In this document: positions 18,100-29,343 of the stretch, piece after piece
Layout of the letters: each line of letters starts with the position of its first letter
Numbering within the stretch: the stretch's first letter is position 1
NCBI RefSeq assembly: GCF_004296515.1
Contig: NZ_AP018160.1
Coordinates: 180,001 to 212,000 of the forward strand
Length of the DNA stretch: 32,000 nucleotides
Origin: Candidatus Saccharimonadota bacterium
GTDB taxonomy: Bacteria > Pseudomonadota > Gammaproteobacteria > Enterobacterales > Enterobacteriaceae
Direction of reading: 5' to 3'
Notes under the pieces: generated by a model
What the model was told of the DNA's origin: nothing
What the model saw: the letters and a program-made list of their open reading frames with translations, nothing else
The model's database searches: none
Translations under genes and position numbers: made by a program

Positions 18100-19059
18100 T
18101 TAAATATTATAATTATAATTTTTAATTATATTTTTAATATGATGTATTAATTTATTTATAGAATTATTATCTGTATTAAATTTTTTAAATTTAAATTTCC
18201 AATTATTTATCCAATTAATTTGTTTTTTATATAAATTTATTGTTGATTTAATAGAATTATTTATCATATCTTTATAACTAATTTTATTAGAAAAATAATC
18301 CCACATTTGTTTATATCCTATTGATTTTATTGATTGTTTGTTATAATCCAAATCACCTCTATTAAATAAATTAAGTACTTCATTTTCAAATCCATCATCA
18401 ATCATTTTATAAAATCTAAATTTTATTTTTTTATTTATATTAGTTTTGTCTTCATTAATTATTATAATTTGATAAATATCAAATAATTTATTTGAAATAT
18501 TATTTAATCCTATAAATTTACTATTATTTTTTATTAAAAAATAATTTTCTATATATTTATATATTATTTTATTATTATTAATATTTAAATTATTTTTATT
18601 TAATTTAAAATATAAATTTTTAATTTTGTATATATTGATATCATTTATACTTTTTTTTATATTAAAATTTATAAATAAATTAGAGTATAAATTTATACCA
18701 TTTAATAATGTTTTTATATAAAACATACTTCCACCAACAAATGTTGGAATTTTATTACATAATAATATTTCATATATAGAAGTTATAGAATCTCTACAAA
18801 AATCTAATACAGAATATTTTTGTATAGGATCTCTTATATCAATTATTTTATATGGATATTTTATTAATTCTTCTTTGTTAGGTTTTGATGTTCCTATATT
18901 CATATCTCTAAATATTAAAGTTGAATCAGAATTTATTAATTTTATAGGAAATAAATTACTTAATTTAAATGATAATTTTGTCTTACCAGATGCTGTATGA
19001 CCTATAATAAATAATATAGGTATTTTATTAAATTTTTTATTAATAATAAATTTATTCAT
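18100..19059 (-). CDS. miaA: tRNA dimethylallyltransferase
   Basis: 319 aa. GHTASGKTKLS (P-loop), NSDSTLIFRDMNIGTSKP, IIDIRDP, VGGSMFYIKTLLNG and IGYKQMWDY are present. Confidence 0.9.
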   Translation of the reverse strand: MNKFIINKKFNKIPILFIIGHTASGKTKLSFKLSNLFPIKLINSDSTLIFRDMNIGTSKPNKEELIKYPYKIIDIRDPIQKYSVLDFCRDSITSIYEILLCNKIPTFVGGSMFYIKTLLNGINLYSNLFINFNIKKSINDINIYKIKNLYFKLNKNNLNINNNKIIYKYIENYFLIKNNSKFIGLNNISNKLFDIYQIIIINEDKTNINKKIKFRFYKMIDDGFENEVLNLFNRGDLDYNKQSIKSIGYKQMWDYFSNKISYKDMINNSIKSTINLYKKQINWINNWKFKFKKFNTDNNSINKLIHHIKNIIKNYNYNI

Positions 19060-19063
19060 TTTA

Positions 19064-19609
19064 TTAAGAATAAATAAAATTTTTTCTATAAAAAATTAAT
19101 TCTTCTACAGATTCATATATATCAGAAAAAGCTCTATGAATATTTCTTTTTTTAAAATTACATAATATTTCAGGTTTCCATCTTTTTACTAATTCTTTTA
19201 TTGAATTTACATCTAAATGTTTATAATTAAAATAATTTTCTAATTTAGGCATATATTTTACTAAAAATCTTCTATCTTGACTAACATTATTTCCACACAT
19301 AGGAGATTTTTTATAATTTACCCAATTATTTAAAAAATCTAATGTAATATTTTCAGCTTCATTTTCATTTATTTTACTATTTTTAATTTTATATATTAAT
19401 CCATTATTTGTATGAGTATTTATATTCCATTTATCCATATTTGATAAATTTTTATCAGATTGATATATAATAAATTCTGGACCTTTTGCTAATATGTTTA
19501 ATTCAGAATCTGTTATTAATGTAGCTATTTCTATTATATGACATTTAATTGGATCTAATCCTGTCATTTCTAAATCTATCCATATTAGATTTTTATCATT
19601 TTTTAACAT
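19064..19609 (-). CDS. orn: Oligoribonuclease
   Basis: 181 aa. LIWIDLEMTGLDP..IIEIATLITD, GNNVSQDRRFL and HRAFSDIYESVEEL (DEDDh exonuclease motifs) are present. Confidence 0.93.
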   Translation of the reverse strand: MLKNDKNLIWIDLEMTGLDPIKCHIIEIATLITDSELNILAKGPEFIIYQSDKNLSNMDKWNINTHTNNGLIYKIKNSKINENEAENITLDFLNNWVNYKKSPMCGNNVSQDRRFLVKYMPKLENYFNYKHLDVNSIKELVKRWKPEILCNFKKRNIHRAFSDIYESVEELIFYRKNFIYS

Positions 19610-19617
19610 TATTTAAT

Positions 19618-20160
19618 TTAAAATATATTTTTTATATTATTTTTTTTTATAAATTTATTTATTGAGTTTATTATTTCTTCTTTTGCATATTTTTTATCTT
19701 TAAAATCTTTTACTTTTGACCATTTATTTTTATAATTATTTTTATAATTTTCAAAGAAGTATCTTATATTATGTAAAATAGTTTCAGAAATATCATATAT
19801 ATCTTTAATATTATCAAATTCATTTGATATATTAAAATTTGGAACAGCAATTATTTTATTATCTTCTCCACTTTCGTCACACATATTTAAAATACCTATT
19901 GGTCTACAATTTATTATTGATCCAATTTGTAATGATAAATTTATTGGAATTACAACATCTAAATTATCATTATCATTTGATAATGTTTTATTAATAAATC
20001 CATAATTACATGGATATGACATTTTATTTATAAATCTGTCTATTAATATATTTCCATATGAATCTATTTCATATTTTATGTTTAATTTATTAGGAATTTC
20101 TATTATTACGTTTATATCATCTGGTATATTATTACCAGGTTTTATATTATTAATATTCAT
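19618..20160 (-). CDS. ppa: Inorganic pyrophosphatase
   Basis: 180 aa. VIIEIP..IKYEID, DRF..YPCNYGFI, DNLDVV, IINCRPIGILNMCDESGEDNKIIAVP and YFFENYK are present. An SD aagga lies upstream. Confidence 0.94.
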   Translation of the reverse strand: MNINNIKPGNNIPDDINVIIEIPNKLNIKYEIDSYGNILIDRFINKMSYPCNYGFINKTLSNDNDNLDVVIPINLSLQIGSIINCRPIGILNMCDESGEDNKIIAVPNFNISNEFDNIKDIYDISETILHNIRYFFENYKNNYKNKWSKVKDFKDKKYAKEEIINSINKFIKKNNIKNIF

Positions 20161-20161
20161 A

Positions 20162-20191
20162 TTGTTATTTCCTTTAAGTTTTTAATATAAT
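20162..20191 (+). promoter_or_regulatory. Candidate promoter for trpS-rpmB-rpmG (TTGTTA-N18-TATAAT)
   Basis: ttgtta at 20162-20167, an 18-nt spacer, then tataat at 20186-20191, about 66 nt upstream of the trpS ATG. This is a motif match only, in nearly pure A/T DNA. Confidence 0.25.
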
Positions 20192-20257
20192 AGTTTAATT
20201 TTTATAAATAATATATTATAATTTTATTAAAAAATTAATATAATATAATAATATTTA

Positions 20258-21253
20258 ATGAATAAAATAAAAATATTTAGTGGTATACAACCATCAGGTA
20301 ATTTAACTATAGGTAATTATATATCTATTTTAAAACAAATTAATAAAATTCAATATGATAATATATGTATGTTATGTATAGCTGATTTACATATTATGAA
20401 TAAATATATTAATCCTATATCTGTAAGAAAAAATATATTAGATTTAATATCTATATTAATATCATCTGGAATAGAATATAAAAATAATATAATATTTTTA
20501 CAATCTGATATATTAGAAAATACTCAATTATATTGGATATTATCTAATTTTATAAGATTTAATGAATTAAAAAGATTAAATCAATTTAAAGAAAAAATCA
20601 ATATATTAAATAATTCAATAAATTTAAATTTATTGAATTATCCAATTCTAATGGCATCTGATATTTTATTATACAGAATAGATAATATTATAGTAGGAAA
20701 AGATCAAAAACAACATATAGAAATAATGAATTTAATAGCAAAAAGATTTAATAGTTTTTATGGTTATTATTTTAAAATTCCAAATATTATCATAAATGAA
20801 AATCATTATATAATGTCATTATCTAATCCTAATAAAAAAATGTCTAAATCAGATAATAATGATAATAATTCAATAAAAATATTAGACGATGAATATACTA
20901 TAAGAAAAAAAATAAAAAAAGCTGTTACTGATTCAAACAATAGTATTAATTATAATAAAATAAATCAACCTGGTGTATATAATTTATTAAATATTTTGTC
21001 TTCTATAAGTAATGTTTCTATAAATGATTTATTAATTTATTTTAAAAATAAATCTTATAATGATTTAAAAAATAAACTTTCTGATGAAATAGTTAATGAA
21101 TTAAAAAAAATAAAAGATAAATATATATATATTAGATCTAACGAATATTTATTAAATAAAATTATAGAAAATGGTTTTAATAAAGCTAAAAAAATAGCTA
21201 AGAATACGTTATTTGATATTAAAAAATTAATAGGTTTAAATAAATTAAATTAA
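20258..21253 (+). CDS. trpS: Tryptophanyl-tRNA synthetase
   Basis: 331 aa. FSGIQPSGNLTIGNY, YPILMASDILLY, VGKDQKQHIE and KKMSKSDNN (KMSKS) are present. Confidence 0.94.
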   Translation: MNKIKIFSGIQPSGNLTIGNYISILKQINKIQYDNICMLCIADLHIMNKYINPISVRKNILDLISILISSGIEYKNNIIFLQSDILENTQLYWILSNFIRFNELKRLNQFKEKINILNNSINLNLLNYPILMASDILLYRIDNIIVGKDQKQHIEIMNLIAKRFNSFYGYYFKIPNIIINENHYIMSLSNPNKKMSKSDNNDNNSIKILDDEYTIRKKIKKAVTDSNNSINYNKINQPGVYNLLNILSSISNVSINDLLIYFKNKSYNDLKNKLSDEIVNELKKIKDKYIYIRSNEYLLNKIIENGFNKAKKIAKNTLFDIKKLIGLNKLN

Positions 21254-21257
21254 AATT

Positions 21258-21482
21258 ATGTTAAAATGTATTATAACTAATAAAAAAGTTTTATTTGGTA
21301 ATAATAGATCTAATGCTATGAATGCAACTAGAAGAAAATTTTTTCCTAATATACATATGAAAAAATTTTGGATACCTAGTAAAAATAAATATATAAAATT
21401 AAAAATATCTACAAAAGGTATAAGATTAATAGATAAATTTGGAATAGAAAATTTATTAAAAAAATTTAAAATTAAATATTAA
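21258..21482 (+). CDS. rpmB: 50S ribosomal protein L28
   Basis: 74 aa. [38 protein letters not shown] matches L28. Confidence 0.92.
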   Translation: MLKCIITNKKVLFGNNRSNAMNATRRKFFPNIHMKKFWIPSKNKYIKLKISTKGIRLIDKFGIENLLKKFKIKY

Positions 21483-21487
21483 TTTAT

Positions 21488-21664
21488 ATGAGTAAAAAAA
21501 AATTAACAGAAATTATAAAATTAATATCTTCAGAAACAAAACATTTTTATACTACTACTAAAAGTAAAAAAATAAAATTAAAAAAAATAAAAATTAAAAA
21601 GTTTGATCCAATAATAAAAAAACATGTAATTTATAATGAATATAAAATAAATAAAAATAAATAA
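21488..21664 (+). CDS. rpmG: 50S ribosomal protein L33
   Basis: Not in the supplied ORF track because it is short. My translation is [58 protein letters not shown] (58 aa). It matches E. coli L33 ([37 protein letters not shown]). It lies directly after rpmB, as in the rpmB-rpmG operon. Confidence 0.9.
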   Translation: MSKKKLTEIIKLISSETKHFYTTTKSKKIKLKKIKIKKFDPIIKKHVIYNEYKINKNK

Positions 21665-21666
21665 AA

Positions 21667-22425
21667 TTATATTTTATTTATTTTATTAATCATATATAAA
21701 AAATTATTTATATCTAGTGATGATTTACCAATTAATAAACCATTTATAAAATATTTATTCAAAAATATATCTATATTATCAATTGATACTGACCCTCCAT
21801 ATAAAAATTTTATATTATTAGATATATTTTTATCTATTTTATTTAAATATTTTAGAATAGAACATATTATATATTCTATATGATCTATACTAGCATTTAC
21901 ATTAGTTCCTATTGACCAAATAGGTTCATATGCTATTATAGAATTATAAAATATTTTTATACCACCATATTTTATAAATTCTTTTATTTGATTAATACAT
22001 TTTAATAATGATTTTTTATTTATATAATCATTATTATTTTCTCCTATACATAATATAGGAATTAAATTATTAGATTTAACTAATATAAATTTTTTTATTA
22101 TATTTTTATTTGATTCTTTATGTATTATTCTTCTTTCTGAATGACCTAATATTACATATGAAACTCCTATTTCTTTTAACATATATATAGATATTTCTCC
22201 TGTATATGGTCCTTCAAAATTTAAATCAACATTTTGAGAAGATGAATAAACATTATTAATATTATATTTTTTTAGTAAAATATTATTAAGATAATCTAAA
22301 TATATAATAGGAGGTGCTAATATAATTTTATTATTAATAATTTTTTTATTTTCATATAACTTATTTATAAAATTATTTAATAATAATTTATTTCCATTTA
22401 ACTTCCAATTTGCTACTAATAACAT
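21667..22425 (-). CDS. tpiA: Triosephosphate isomerase
   Basis: 252 aa. VANWKLNG, ILGHSERR, IAYEPIWSIGT and YGGSV are present. Confidence 0.94.
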   Translation of the reverse strand: MLLVANWKLNGNKLLLNNFINKLYENKKIINNKIILAPPIIYLDYLNNILLKKYNINNVYSSSQNVDLNFEGPYTGEISIYMLKEIGVSYVILGHSERRIIHKESNKNIIKKFILVKSNNLIPILCIGENNNDYINKKSLLKCINQIKEFIKYGGIKIFYNSIIAYEPIWSIGTNVNASIDHIEYIICSILKYLNKIDKNISNNIKFLYGGSVSIDNIDIFLNKYFINGLLIGKSSLDINNFLYMINKINKI

Positions 22426-22463
22426 ATTTAATTTAATTAATTTAAGTTTTATTATTTATAATT

Positions 22464-23786
22464 TTATATTATATATTTATATAAATCTATATTATTAAAA
22501 TTTTTACTTAATTTAAGATTTACATAATTTTCATCAATAATTATTTTTTTATTTGATATATTTGGTGCATTAAATAATATATCTTCAAGTAATTCTTCTA
22601 ATATACTATATAATCTTCTAGCACCTAAATTATCATGTAATTCATTCATTTTATAAGAAAATTCTGCAATTTTTTTTATAGAACAATCAGTAAAATTAAT
22701 GTCAATTTTTTCTGTTTTTATAAGTAATTTATATTGATTTATTATGGAATTTTTTGTTTTTGTTAATATTTTTTCAAAATCTAATAAAGATAAACTATCT
22801 AATTTTACTTTTATGGGTAATCTACCTTGTAATTCTGGTAATAAATCTGATACATCTACATTATAAAATGATCCTGATGCAATAAATAATATATTATCAG
22901 TTTTTATTATTCCATGTTTTGTATTTATTGTACATCCATCTATTAATGAAAGAAGATCTCTTTGAACTCCTTCTCTAGATACATCTATACCATTATATAT
23001 ATCATTTTTTTTTCTACAAATTTTATCTATTTCATCTATAAATACTATACCATTTTGTTCAATTAAATTTATAGATTCCTTTTTTATATTATCTAAATTT
23101 AAATTTTTATTAAATTCTTCTTCCATTAGTATTTTTCTTGCTTCTTTTACTTTTACTTTAAATATTTTATCTTTATTTTTAGATATATTTTTTAATATTG
23201 ATTGAATTTGATTATTTATATCATCTACTTCGGTAGATATAACTTCTACTCCTACAGATGAAGATAATAAATTTATTTCTATTTCTATATCTTCTAATTC
23301 TTTATTTGATAATTTATTTTTTAAATTATTAATTTCAATATCTTCAATATCATTATTTATGCTATTTTTATTATTAATTAATATTTTTAATATTTTATCT
23401 TCAACTATTTTTTTAATTTTTATTTTATTTTTTTTTATATGTTTAAATTTTAAATTTTTTATAGTATTTTCTAATAAATCTTTTATTATTGAATCAACTT
23501 CTTTACCTATATATCCAACTTCAGTAAATTTTGTTGCTTCAACTTTTATAAAAGGAAAATTTAGTAATTTTAATAATCTTCTAGATATTTCTGTTTTACC
23601 TACTCCTGTAGGTCCTATCATTAATATATTCTTAGGAGCTATATCATTTCTTAATGATTTATTTATATTCATTCTTCTATATCTATTTCTTAAAGCTATT
23701 GCTATTGTTTTTTTAGCTTTATCTTGTCCTATAATATATTTATCTAAATAATTTACTATATCTTTTGGAGTAACAGTTTTATACAT
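22464..23786 (-). CDS. hslU: ATP-dependent protease ATPase subunit HslU
   Basis: 440 aa. TPKDIVNYLDKYIIGQDKAKKTIAIALRNRYRR, GPTGVGKTEISRRL, GIVFIDEIDKI, VSREGVQRDLL and GARRL are present. Confidence 0.96.
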   Translation of the reverse strand: MYKTVTPKDIVNYLDKYIIGQDKAKKTIAIALRNRYRRMNINKSLRNDIAPKNILMIGPTGVGKTEISRRLLKLLNFPFIKVEATKFTEVGYIGKEVDSIIKDLLENTIKNLKFKHIKKNKIKIKKIVEDKILKILINNKNSINNDIEDIEINNLKNKLSNKELEDIEIEINLLSSSVGVEVISTEVDDINNQIQSILKNISKNKDKIFKVKVKEARKILMEEEFNKNLNLDNIKKESINLIEQNGIVFIDEIDKICRKKNDIYNGIDVSREGVQRDLLSLIDGCTINTKHGIIKTDNILFIASGSFYNVDVSDLLPELQGRLPIKVKLDSLSLLDFEKILTKTKNSIINQYKLLIKTEKIDINFTDCSIKKIAEFSYKMNELHDNLGARRLYSILEELLEDILFNAPNISNKKIIIDENYVNLKLSKNFNNIDLYKYII

Positions 23787-23794
23787 TTTATTTG

Positions 23795-24319
23795 TTAATA
23801 TTTTAATTCTTCTATTATAAAATTCTTATTTGTATATATACATATATCACTTGCTATACATAATGATTTATTAACTATATCTTTAGCAGATAATTCAGTA
23901 TTTTCTAATAATGCACATGCTGCAGATTTTGCATACATTCCACCTGATCCAATAGCAATTAAATCATTATTTAATTGCATAACATCTCCATTACCACTTA
24001 TTAAAAATGATTTATCTATATCTACTACAACTAGTAAGGTTTCTAATGTTTTTAAAAATTTATCATTTCTCCAATTTTTTGATAAATCAACAGAAGACTT
24101 AAGTAAATTTCCATTATTTTCATTCAGTTTTTGTTCAAATAATTCTAATAAAGTAATAGAATCTGATGTACTACCAGAAAATCCTACTATAATACTATTA
24201 TTATAAATTTTACGTACTTTTTTAACATTTGGTTTTATTATATAATCACCAAATGTGGCTTGTCCATCACCACCTATTACAACATTGTTTTTTTTTCTAA
24301 CACTTAAAATAGTTGTCAT
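23795..24319 (-). CDS. hslV: ATP-dependent protease subunit HslV
   Basis: 174 aa. [24 protein letters not shown] (N-terminal Thr nucleophile) and [13 protein letters not shown] are present. Confidence 0.96.
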   Translation of the reverse strand: MTTILSVRKKNNVVIGGDGQATFGDYIIKPNVKKVRKIYNNSIIVGFSGSTSDSITLLELFEQKLNENNGNLLKSSVDLSKNWRNDKFLKTLETLLVVVDIDKSFLISGNGDVMQLNNDLIAIGSGGMYAKSAACALLENTELSAKDIVNKSLCIASDICIYTNKNFIIEELKY

Positions 24320-24473
24320 AATATTTATATTAAAATTTATATAGTAAATAATATAATTATATTATATATAATTTATAAATAAAATAATTTTAATAAAAAT
24401 AATAAAATCATATTTTACATATTAATAAATTTATATTAATATATAAAATAAAATTTATTTATTATAATTATAT

Positions 24474-24683
24474 ATGAAAAAAAATATTCATCCTAATATA
24501 TTTAATATAGATGTTATATGTTCTTGTAACAATATAATAAAAATTAAATCAACTTCTAATAGTAATATTAATATAGATACTTGTAATTTATGTCATCCTT
24601 TTTATACTAATAAAAATCGTATTATATATAATATAGGTAAAATAGGGAAATTTAATAATAAGTTTAAAGATTTTTTTGAGTAA
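24474..24683 (+). CDS. rpmE: 50S ribosomal protein L31 (zinc-binding type)
   Basis: 69 aa. MKKNIHPN, CSC..and..CNLCHPFYT (four Cys) are present, with the C-terminal region FNNKF. Confidence 0.92.
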   Translation: MKKNIHPNIFNIDVICSCNNIIKIKSTSNSNINIDTCNLCHPFYTNKNRIIYNIGKIGKFNNKFKDFFE

Positions 24684-24737
24684 TATTATTATAACTTAAT
24701 ATTTTATTGTTTATACATTAATTTAAATTGGTATATT

Positions 24738-25052
24738 ATGATGTATGTAGTTTTTTGTAATAAAGGAAAACAATATATTGCTGAAAATAATAGTATATTA
24801 TTTATAGATAAATTAAATAATAATGAAAATGATTATATAGAATTTAATAATATTATTTTAGTTTATAAGGATAATGATATAATAATAGATAAAGAGTATT
24901 TATCTAAAATTAAAATAATAGCTTTAGTTTTAAAACATATAAAAGGAAAAAAAATAGGAATAGTAAAATTTAAAAGAAGAAAAAATTATTTAAAAAGATA
25001 TAATCATCGTAAATTAATTACTAAAATAAAAATTTGTAACATTATCTTATAA
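24738..25052 (+). CDS. rplU: 50S ribosomal protein L21
   Basis: 104 aa. [27 protein letters not shown] matches L21. The second Met (24741) probably corresponds to the E. coli start. Confidence 0.92.
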   Translation: MMYVVFCNKGKQYIAENNSILFIDKLNNNENDYIEFNNIILVYKDNDIIIDKEYLSKIKIIALVLKHIKGKKIGIVKFKRRKNYLKRYNHRKLITKIKICNIIL

Positions 25053-25057
25053 TATTT

Positions 25058-25321
25058 ATGGCTCATAAGAAAGCGGCTGGATCTACTAAAAATGGTAGAG
25101 ATTCTATAGGTAAAAGATTAGGAATAAAATGTTATGATGGAGAAAATGTACTACCTGGATATATAATATTAAGACAAAGAGGAATGAAAATTAGACCAGG
25201 TTGTAATGTAAAATGTGGTAGAGATTATACTATATATTCTTTAATAAAAGGAAAGGTTAAATTTATTAAAAAGAATAATATTAATAAAATATTTGTTAAT
25301 GTTATTAAAAATAATATATGA
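25058..25321 (+). CDS. rpmA: 50S ribosomal protein L27
   Basis: 87 aa. [36 protein letters not shown] matches L27. Its TGA stop overlaps the obgE ATG (ATGA). Confidence 0.96.
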   Translation: MAHKKAAGSTKNGRDSIGKRLGIKCYDGENVLPGYIILRQRGMKIRPGCNVKCGRDYTIYSLIKGKVKFIKKNNINKIFVNVIKNNI

Positions 25322-26367
25322 AAAATTTTTATGAAACTATTATAACAGTATATGCTGGTAATGGTGGAAATGGAAATTGTAGTTTTAGTAAATCTTCTAA
25401 AAAATTATTCAGTGGAAAACCTGATGGAGGAAATGGTGGTAATGGAGGTAATATATTTATATTTTCTAATAAAAGTATAAATAATTTATTAAAAATAAAT
25501 AATAAAAAAATATTTAAAGCCGAAAATGGAAGAAATGGTTTGAATAATAAATGTAATGGAAGAAATGGTAAAAATTTAATAATAAATGTACCAATTAATA
25601 CTAAAATATATAATTTAGATACATCTGAATTAATAGATAATTTAGATATAGATAATAAAATTATATTAGTTGCAAAAGGTGGAAATAAAGGATTAGGTAA
25701 TTTTATTTTTAAATCTTCTATTAATAGATCTCCTAAAAACTTTACAAATGGAAAAAAAGGAGAAATAAGAAAATTAAAATTAATATTTAATTTAAGACCA
25801 AATGTTTGTATATTAGGAATGGTTAATTCAGGTAAATCTTCTTTAATAAATTTAATATCTAACTCAAATTCTAAAATAGATAATTATCCATTTACTACTA
25901 AATATCCTATATTAGGAACTTTATTTAGTGAAAATTATAAAAAAATATCTATATTAGATACACCAGCAATATTTAATAATATTTATAAAAATAAATATTT
26001 AAATTTAAATATATTTAAATATTTTGAAAAGTGTAATTTAATACTATATATAATAGATTCTTCAATAATAAATCAAAAATTTATTTATGATAATATAAAT
26101 ATTATTAATTATATTATAAACGATAAATTAATATGTAAAAATATATGGATTGTATTTAATAAATTAGATTTAGTAAATAATATATTTAATTTTAATAAAA
26201 TTATTAAATTTAATTTTAATAATAAATATAAATATTATATAATTTCATGTTTAAACAAATTTAATATAAATAACCTACTATTAGATATAAATAATTTTAT
26301 TGACAAAAATATGTATTTAAATATTCATAAATATGAAAATAAAGATTTAAATATTAATTGGAATTAA
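25318..26367 (+). CDS. obgE: GTPase Obg/CgtA (no acidic C-terminal tail; degenerate G3)
   Basis: 349 aa. It has the Gly-rich Obg fold ([30 protein letters not shown]), G1 GMVNSGKSS, switch I YPFTT and G4 NKLD. The position after rplU-rpmA matches E. coli. Confidence 0.9.
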   Translation: MKNFYETIITVYAGNGGNGNCSFSKSSKKLFSGKPDGGNGGNGGNIFIFSNKSINNLLKINNKKIFKAENGRNGLNNKCNGRNGKNLIINVPINTKIYNLDTSELIDNLDIDNKIILVAKGGNKGLGNFIFKSSINRSPKNFTNGKKGEIRKLKLIFNLRPNVCILGMVNSGKSSLINLISNSNSKIDNYPFTTKYPILGTLFSENYKKISILDTPAIFNNIYKNKYLNLNIFKYFEKCNLILYIIDSSIINQKFIYDNINIINYIINDKLICKNIWIVFNKLDLVNNIFNFNKIIKFNFNNKYKYYIISCLNKFNINNLLLDINNFIDKNMYLNIHKYENKDLNINWN

Positions 26368-26415
26368 AAATTTTAAAATTATATTAAAAGGTATTTTAAT
26401 GACTAAAATGTTCCT

Positions 26416-26877
26416 ATGACTTTAAATGGTGCAAATAAATTAAGAAAAGAATTAAATTTTTTGAAAAAAATAAGTAGACCTAAAATAATTCAAAGTATTA
26501 TTGAAGCTAGAAAACATGGTGATTTAAAAGAAAATTATGAATATCATGCAGCTAAAGAACAACAAAAATTATGTGAAAATAGAATAAAAAATATAGAAAT
26601 TAAATTATTAAATTCAAAAATAATAGATATAAAAAATATAAAAAATAATAATTTAATTATATTTGGATCAACAGTAGAATTAGAAAATTTAAATTCTAAT
26701 AATAAAGAAGAATATTGTATAGTAGGTGAAGAAGAATTTGATATAAAAAATAATAGGATATCTATATATTCACCTATTGCTAAAGGATTAATAGGTAAAA
26801 AAATAGGAGATATTGTTTATATACAAGTTCCTATGGGTGTTTTAAAATATAAAATAGTTAATATAAAATATATCTAA
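26416..26877 (+). CDS. greA: Transcript cleavage factor GreA
   Basis: 153 aa. [47 protein letters not shown] and [14 protein letters not shown] are present. Confidence 0.95.
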   Translation: MTLNGANKLRKELNFLKKISRPKIIQSIIEARKHGDLKENYEYHAAKEQQKLCENRIKNIEIKLLNSKIIDIKNIKNNNLIIFGSTVELENLNSNNKEEYCIVGEEEFDIKNNRISIYSPIAKGLIGKKIGDIVYIQVPMGVLKYKIVNIKYI

Positions 26878-26900
26878 TATATAAATTTATTTACTATAAT

Positions 26901-27506
26901 TTGAAAAATAAATATTGGATAAAAAATAGATTAAATGATTTTTATGTAAAAAAATCTATAATTAATAATTATAGATCTAGATCTAGATTTAAAATACAGG
27001 AAATAAATAATAAATTTAATATTTTTAAAAAAAATATTAATATTGTAGATATAGGATCTTCACCAGGTGGATGGTCAGAATATGCTAGTGAAATTATAAA
27101 TAATACTGGTAAAATATTTTCATGTGATATTTTACCTATGAAAAATATTAATAATGTTTTATTTTATAAAGGAGATATATTAGATAATAATTTTTTAAAT
27201 AAATTTATAAAAGAAATAAATGGTTATGATATTAAAGTTGTAATGTCAGATGTTTCTCCAAATATAAGTGGATTTTCTTGTATAGATTTACCTAAAATTA
27301 TTACTTTAGCTAATTTATCTTTAAAAATATATTTAAATTTAGTTAAATCTAATGGATATTTTATATTAAAATTATTTTATGGAAATGATATTAATATTTT
27401 TTTAAAAAAAATTAAATTAATTTTTAAAAATGTTAATATTTTTAAACCTTTTTCTTCTAGTAAAAATTCTAGTGAATTTTATATTATTGCTAATAATTTA
27501 ATATAA
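26901..27506 (+). CDS. rlmE: 23S rRNA (Um2552) 2'-O-methyltransferase
   Basis: 201 aa with a TTG start. YRSRSRFKIQEIN, VDIGSSPGGWSEYA, CDILPM, VVMSDVSPNISG and LKLFYG are present. It lies upstream of ftsH, as in E. coli. Confidence 0.92.
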   Translation: MKNKYWIKNRLNDFYVKKSIINNYRSRSRFKIQEINNKFNIFKKNINIVDIGSSPGGWSEYASEIINNTGKIFSCDILPMKNINNVLFYKGDILDNNFLNKFIKEINGYDIKVVMSDVSPNISGFSCIDLPKIITLANLSLKIYLNLVKSNGYFILKLFYGNDINIFLKKIKLIFKNVNIFKPFSSSKNSSEFYIIANNLI

Positions 27507-27547
27507 ATATTTAATTATCTAATTATAAATTTAGTATAAAGGTATTT

Positions 27548-29338
27548 ATGGACATACTAAAAAATTTTTTTATTTGGTTATTTGTATCAATAGTATTAAT
27601 TTTTATATTACAAAATATAAACTTTAATAATAATTATAGTAAAGATAAGATAGAATATTCTAGATTTATATATGACTTAAATAATAATAGAATAAAAGAA
27701 GTATATATAAATGGTAGAGAAATTTTAGTTACAAAAAAAAATAATAATAATTATATTACATATATTCCTTTTTATGATTCTGAACTATTAAAAAATTTAT
27801 TAAAAAAAAATATAAAAATAATTGGAGAACCTATAGAAAAAAATAATTTATTAACTTCTATATTTATATCATGGTCTCCTATATTAATATTAATAATTAT
27901 TTGGATATTTTTTATTAAACAAATTCAATTAAACAATAAGAATGCTATAAATTTTAGTAAAAATAGAGCAAAAATAATATTTAATAAAGTTGATATTAAT
28001 TTTTCTGATGTTGCTGGATGTGATGAAGTTAAAAATGAGATAAGCGATATAATATTTTTTTTAAAAAACCCAGAAAAATTTAAAAATATTGGTTGTAGAA
28101 TTCCTAAAGGTATATTGATGGTAGGACTTCCAGGAACAGGAAAAACTTTATTAGCAAAAGCATTAGCTGGAGAATCAAATGTTCCTTTTTTTAATATTTC
28201 CGGTTCTGATTTTGTTGAAATGTTTGTTGGAGTAGGAGCTTCAAGAGTTAGAAATATGTTTTATGAAGCAAAAAAAAATAGTCCTTGTATAATATTTATA
28301 GATGAAATAGATGCAGTTGGAAGACAAAGAGGATTTGGATTAGGAAGTGGAAATGATGAAAGAGAACAAACTTTAAATCAAATACTTGTAGAAATGGATG
28401 GATTTAATACAAAAGATAATATAGTAGTAATAGCTGCTACAAATAGGTTAGATATATTAGATCCAGCTTTATTAAGATCAGGTAGATTTGACAGACAAAT
28501 TTTAATAGATCTTCCAGATATAAAAGGTAGAGAAGAAATATTAAGAATACATACGAAAAAAATATTTATGGATTTAAATATTAATTTATCATTAATTTCT
28601 AAATATACTTCTGGATTTTCTGGAGCGGATCTGTTTAATTTAGTTAATGAATCTGTAATACTTGCTATAAAAAATAATAAAAATCATGTATCTATGGATG
28701 ATTTTGAAAAATCAATAGATAAAATATTATTAGGTTTAGAAAAAAGTTCAATGGTTATAACAAATGACCAAAAAGAATTAACTGCATATCATGAATCTGG
28801 ACATACAATAGTTGGTAAATTAATATCAAATAATGATTTATTACATAAAGTAACAATAATACCTAGAAGTAAATCATTAGGAGCAACTTGTTTTTTACAA
28901 GAAGAAAATTTATTAAATTTTAATAAAATTAAATTAGAAAATCAAATATCAATATTATATGGAGGTAGAATAGCTGAAGAAATAATATATGGCAAAAATT
29001 TTGTTTCTACTGGTTCTAAAGATGATATAAAAAAAGCAACAATAATTGCTAGAAATATGATAATGAAATGGGGATATTCTTATAAATTAGGTCCATTATA
29101 TTATGATAATATAGATTTGTCTAATAAAAAATTATTTAATAATAATAAAAATATATCTGAATATACACATAAAATAATAGATGAAGAAATATTAAATTTA
29201 ATAAAAATTAATTATAATAAAGCAAAAAATATATTAATAAATAATATAAATATTCTACATAATATGAAAGATGCTTTAATAGAATATGAAACATTAGACT
29301 CTATTCAAATAAATAAAATAATAAATAAAAAATTATAA
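27548..29338 (+). CDS. ftsH: ATP-dependent zinc metalloprotease FtsH
   Basis: 596 aa with two TM segments. [17 protein letters not shown] (Walker A), [12 protein letters not shown] (Walker B), [21 protein letters not shown] (SRH) and [11 protein letters not shown] (HExxH) are present. Confidence 0.97.
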   Translation: MDILKNFFIWLFVSIVLIFILQNINFNNNYSKDKIEYSRFIYDLNNNRIKEVYINGREILVTKKNNNNYITYIPFYDSELLKNLLKKNIKIIGEPIEKNNLLTSIFISWSPILILIIIWIFFIKQIQLNNKNAINFSKNRAKIIFNKVDINFSDVAGCDEVKNEISDIIFFLKNPEKFKNIGCRIPKGILMVGLPGTGKTLLAKALAGESNVPFFNISGSDFVEMFVGVGASRVRNMFYEAKKNSPCIIFIDEIDAVGRQRGFGLGSGNDEREQTLNQILVEMDGFNTKDNIVVIAATNRLDILDPALLRSGRFDRQILIDLPDIKGREEILRIHTKKIFMDLNINLSLISKYTSGFSGADLFNLVNESVILAIKNNKNHVSMDDFEKSIDKILLGLEKSSMVITNDQKELTAYHESGHTIVGKLISNNDLLHKVTIIPRSKSLGATCFLQEENLLNFNKIKLENQISILYGGRIAEEIIYGKNFVSTGSKDDIKKATIIARNMIMKWGYSYKLGPLYYDNIDLSNKKLFNNNKNISEYTHKIIDEEILNLIKINYNKAKNILINNINILHNMKDALIEYETLDSIQINKIINKKL

Positions 29339-29343
29339 ATAAT

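Noticed and set aside
23359-23751. 130-aa ORF on the plus strand
   Set aside because: It is a shadow ORF antisense to the conserved N-terminal ATPase region of hslU.
26399-26415. Upstream ATG (26399) that might extend greA to match the longer E. coli N-terminus
   Set aside because: It is in a different frame, running into the overlapping TGA at 26417-26419. The ATG at 26416 corresponds to the internal Met of the E. coli MQAIPMTLRG.
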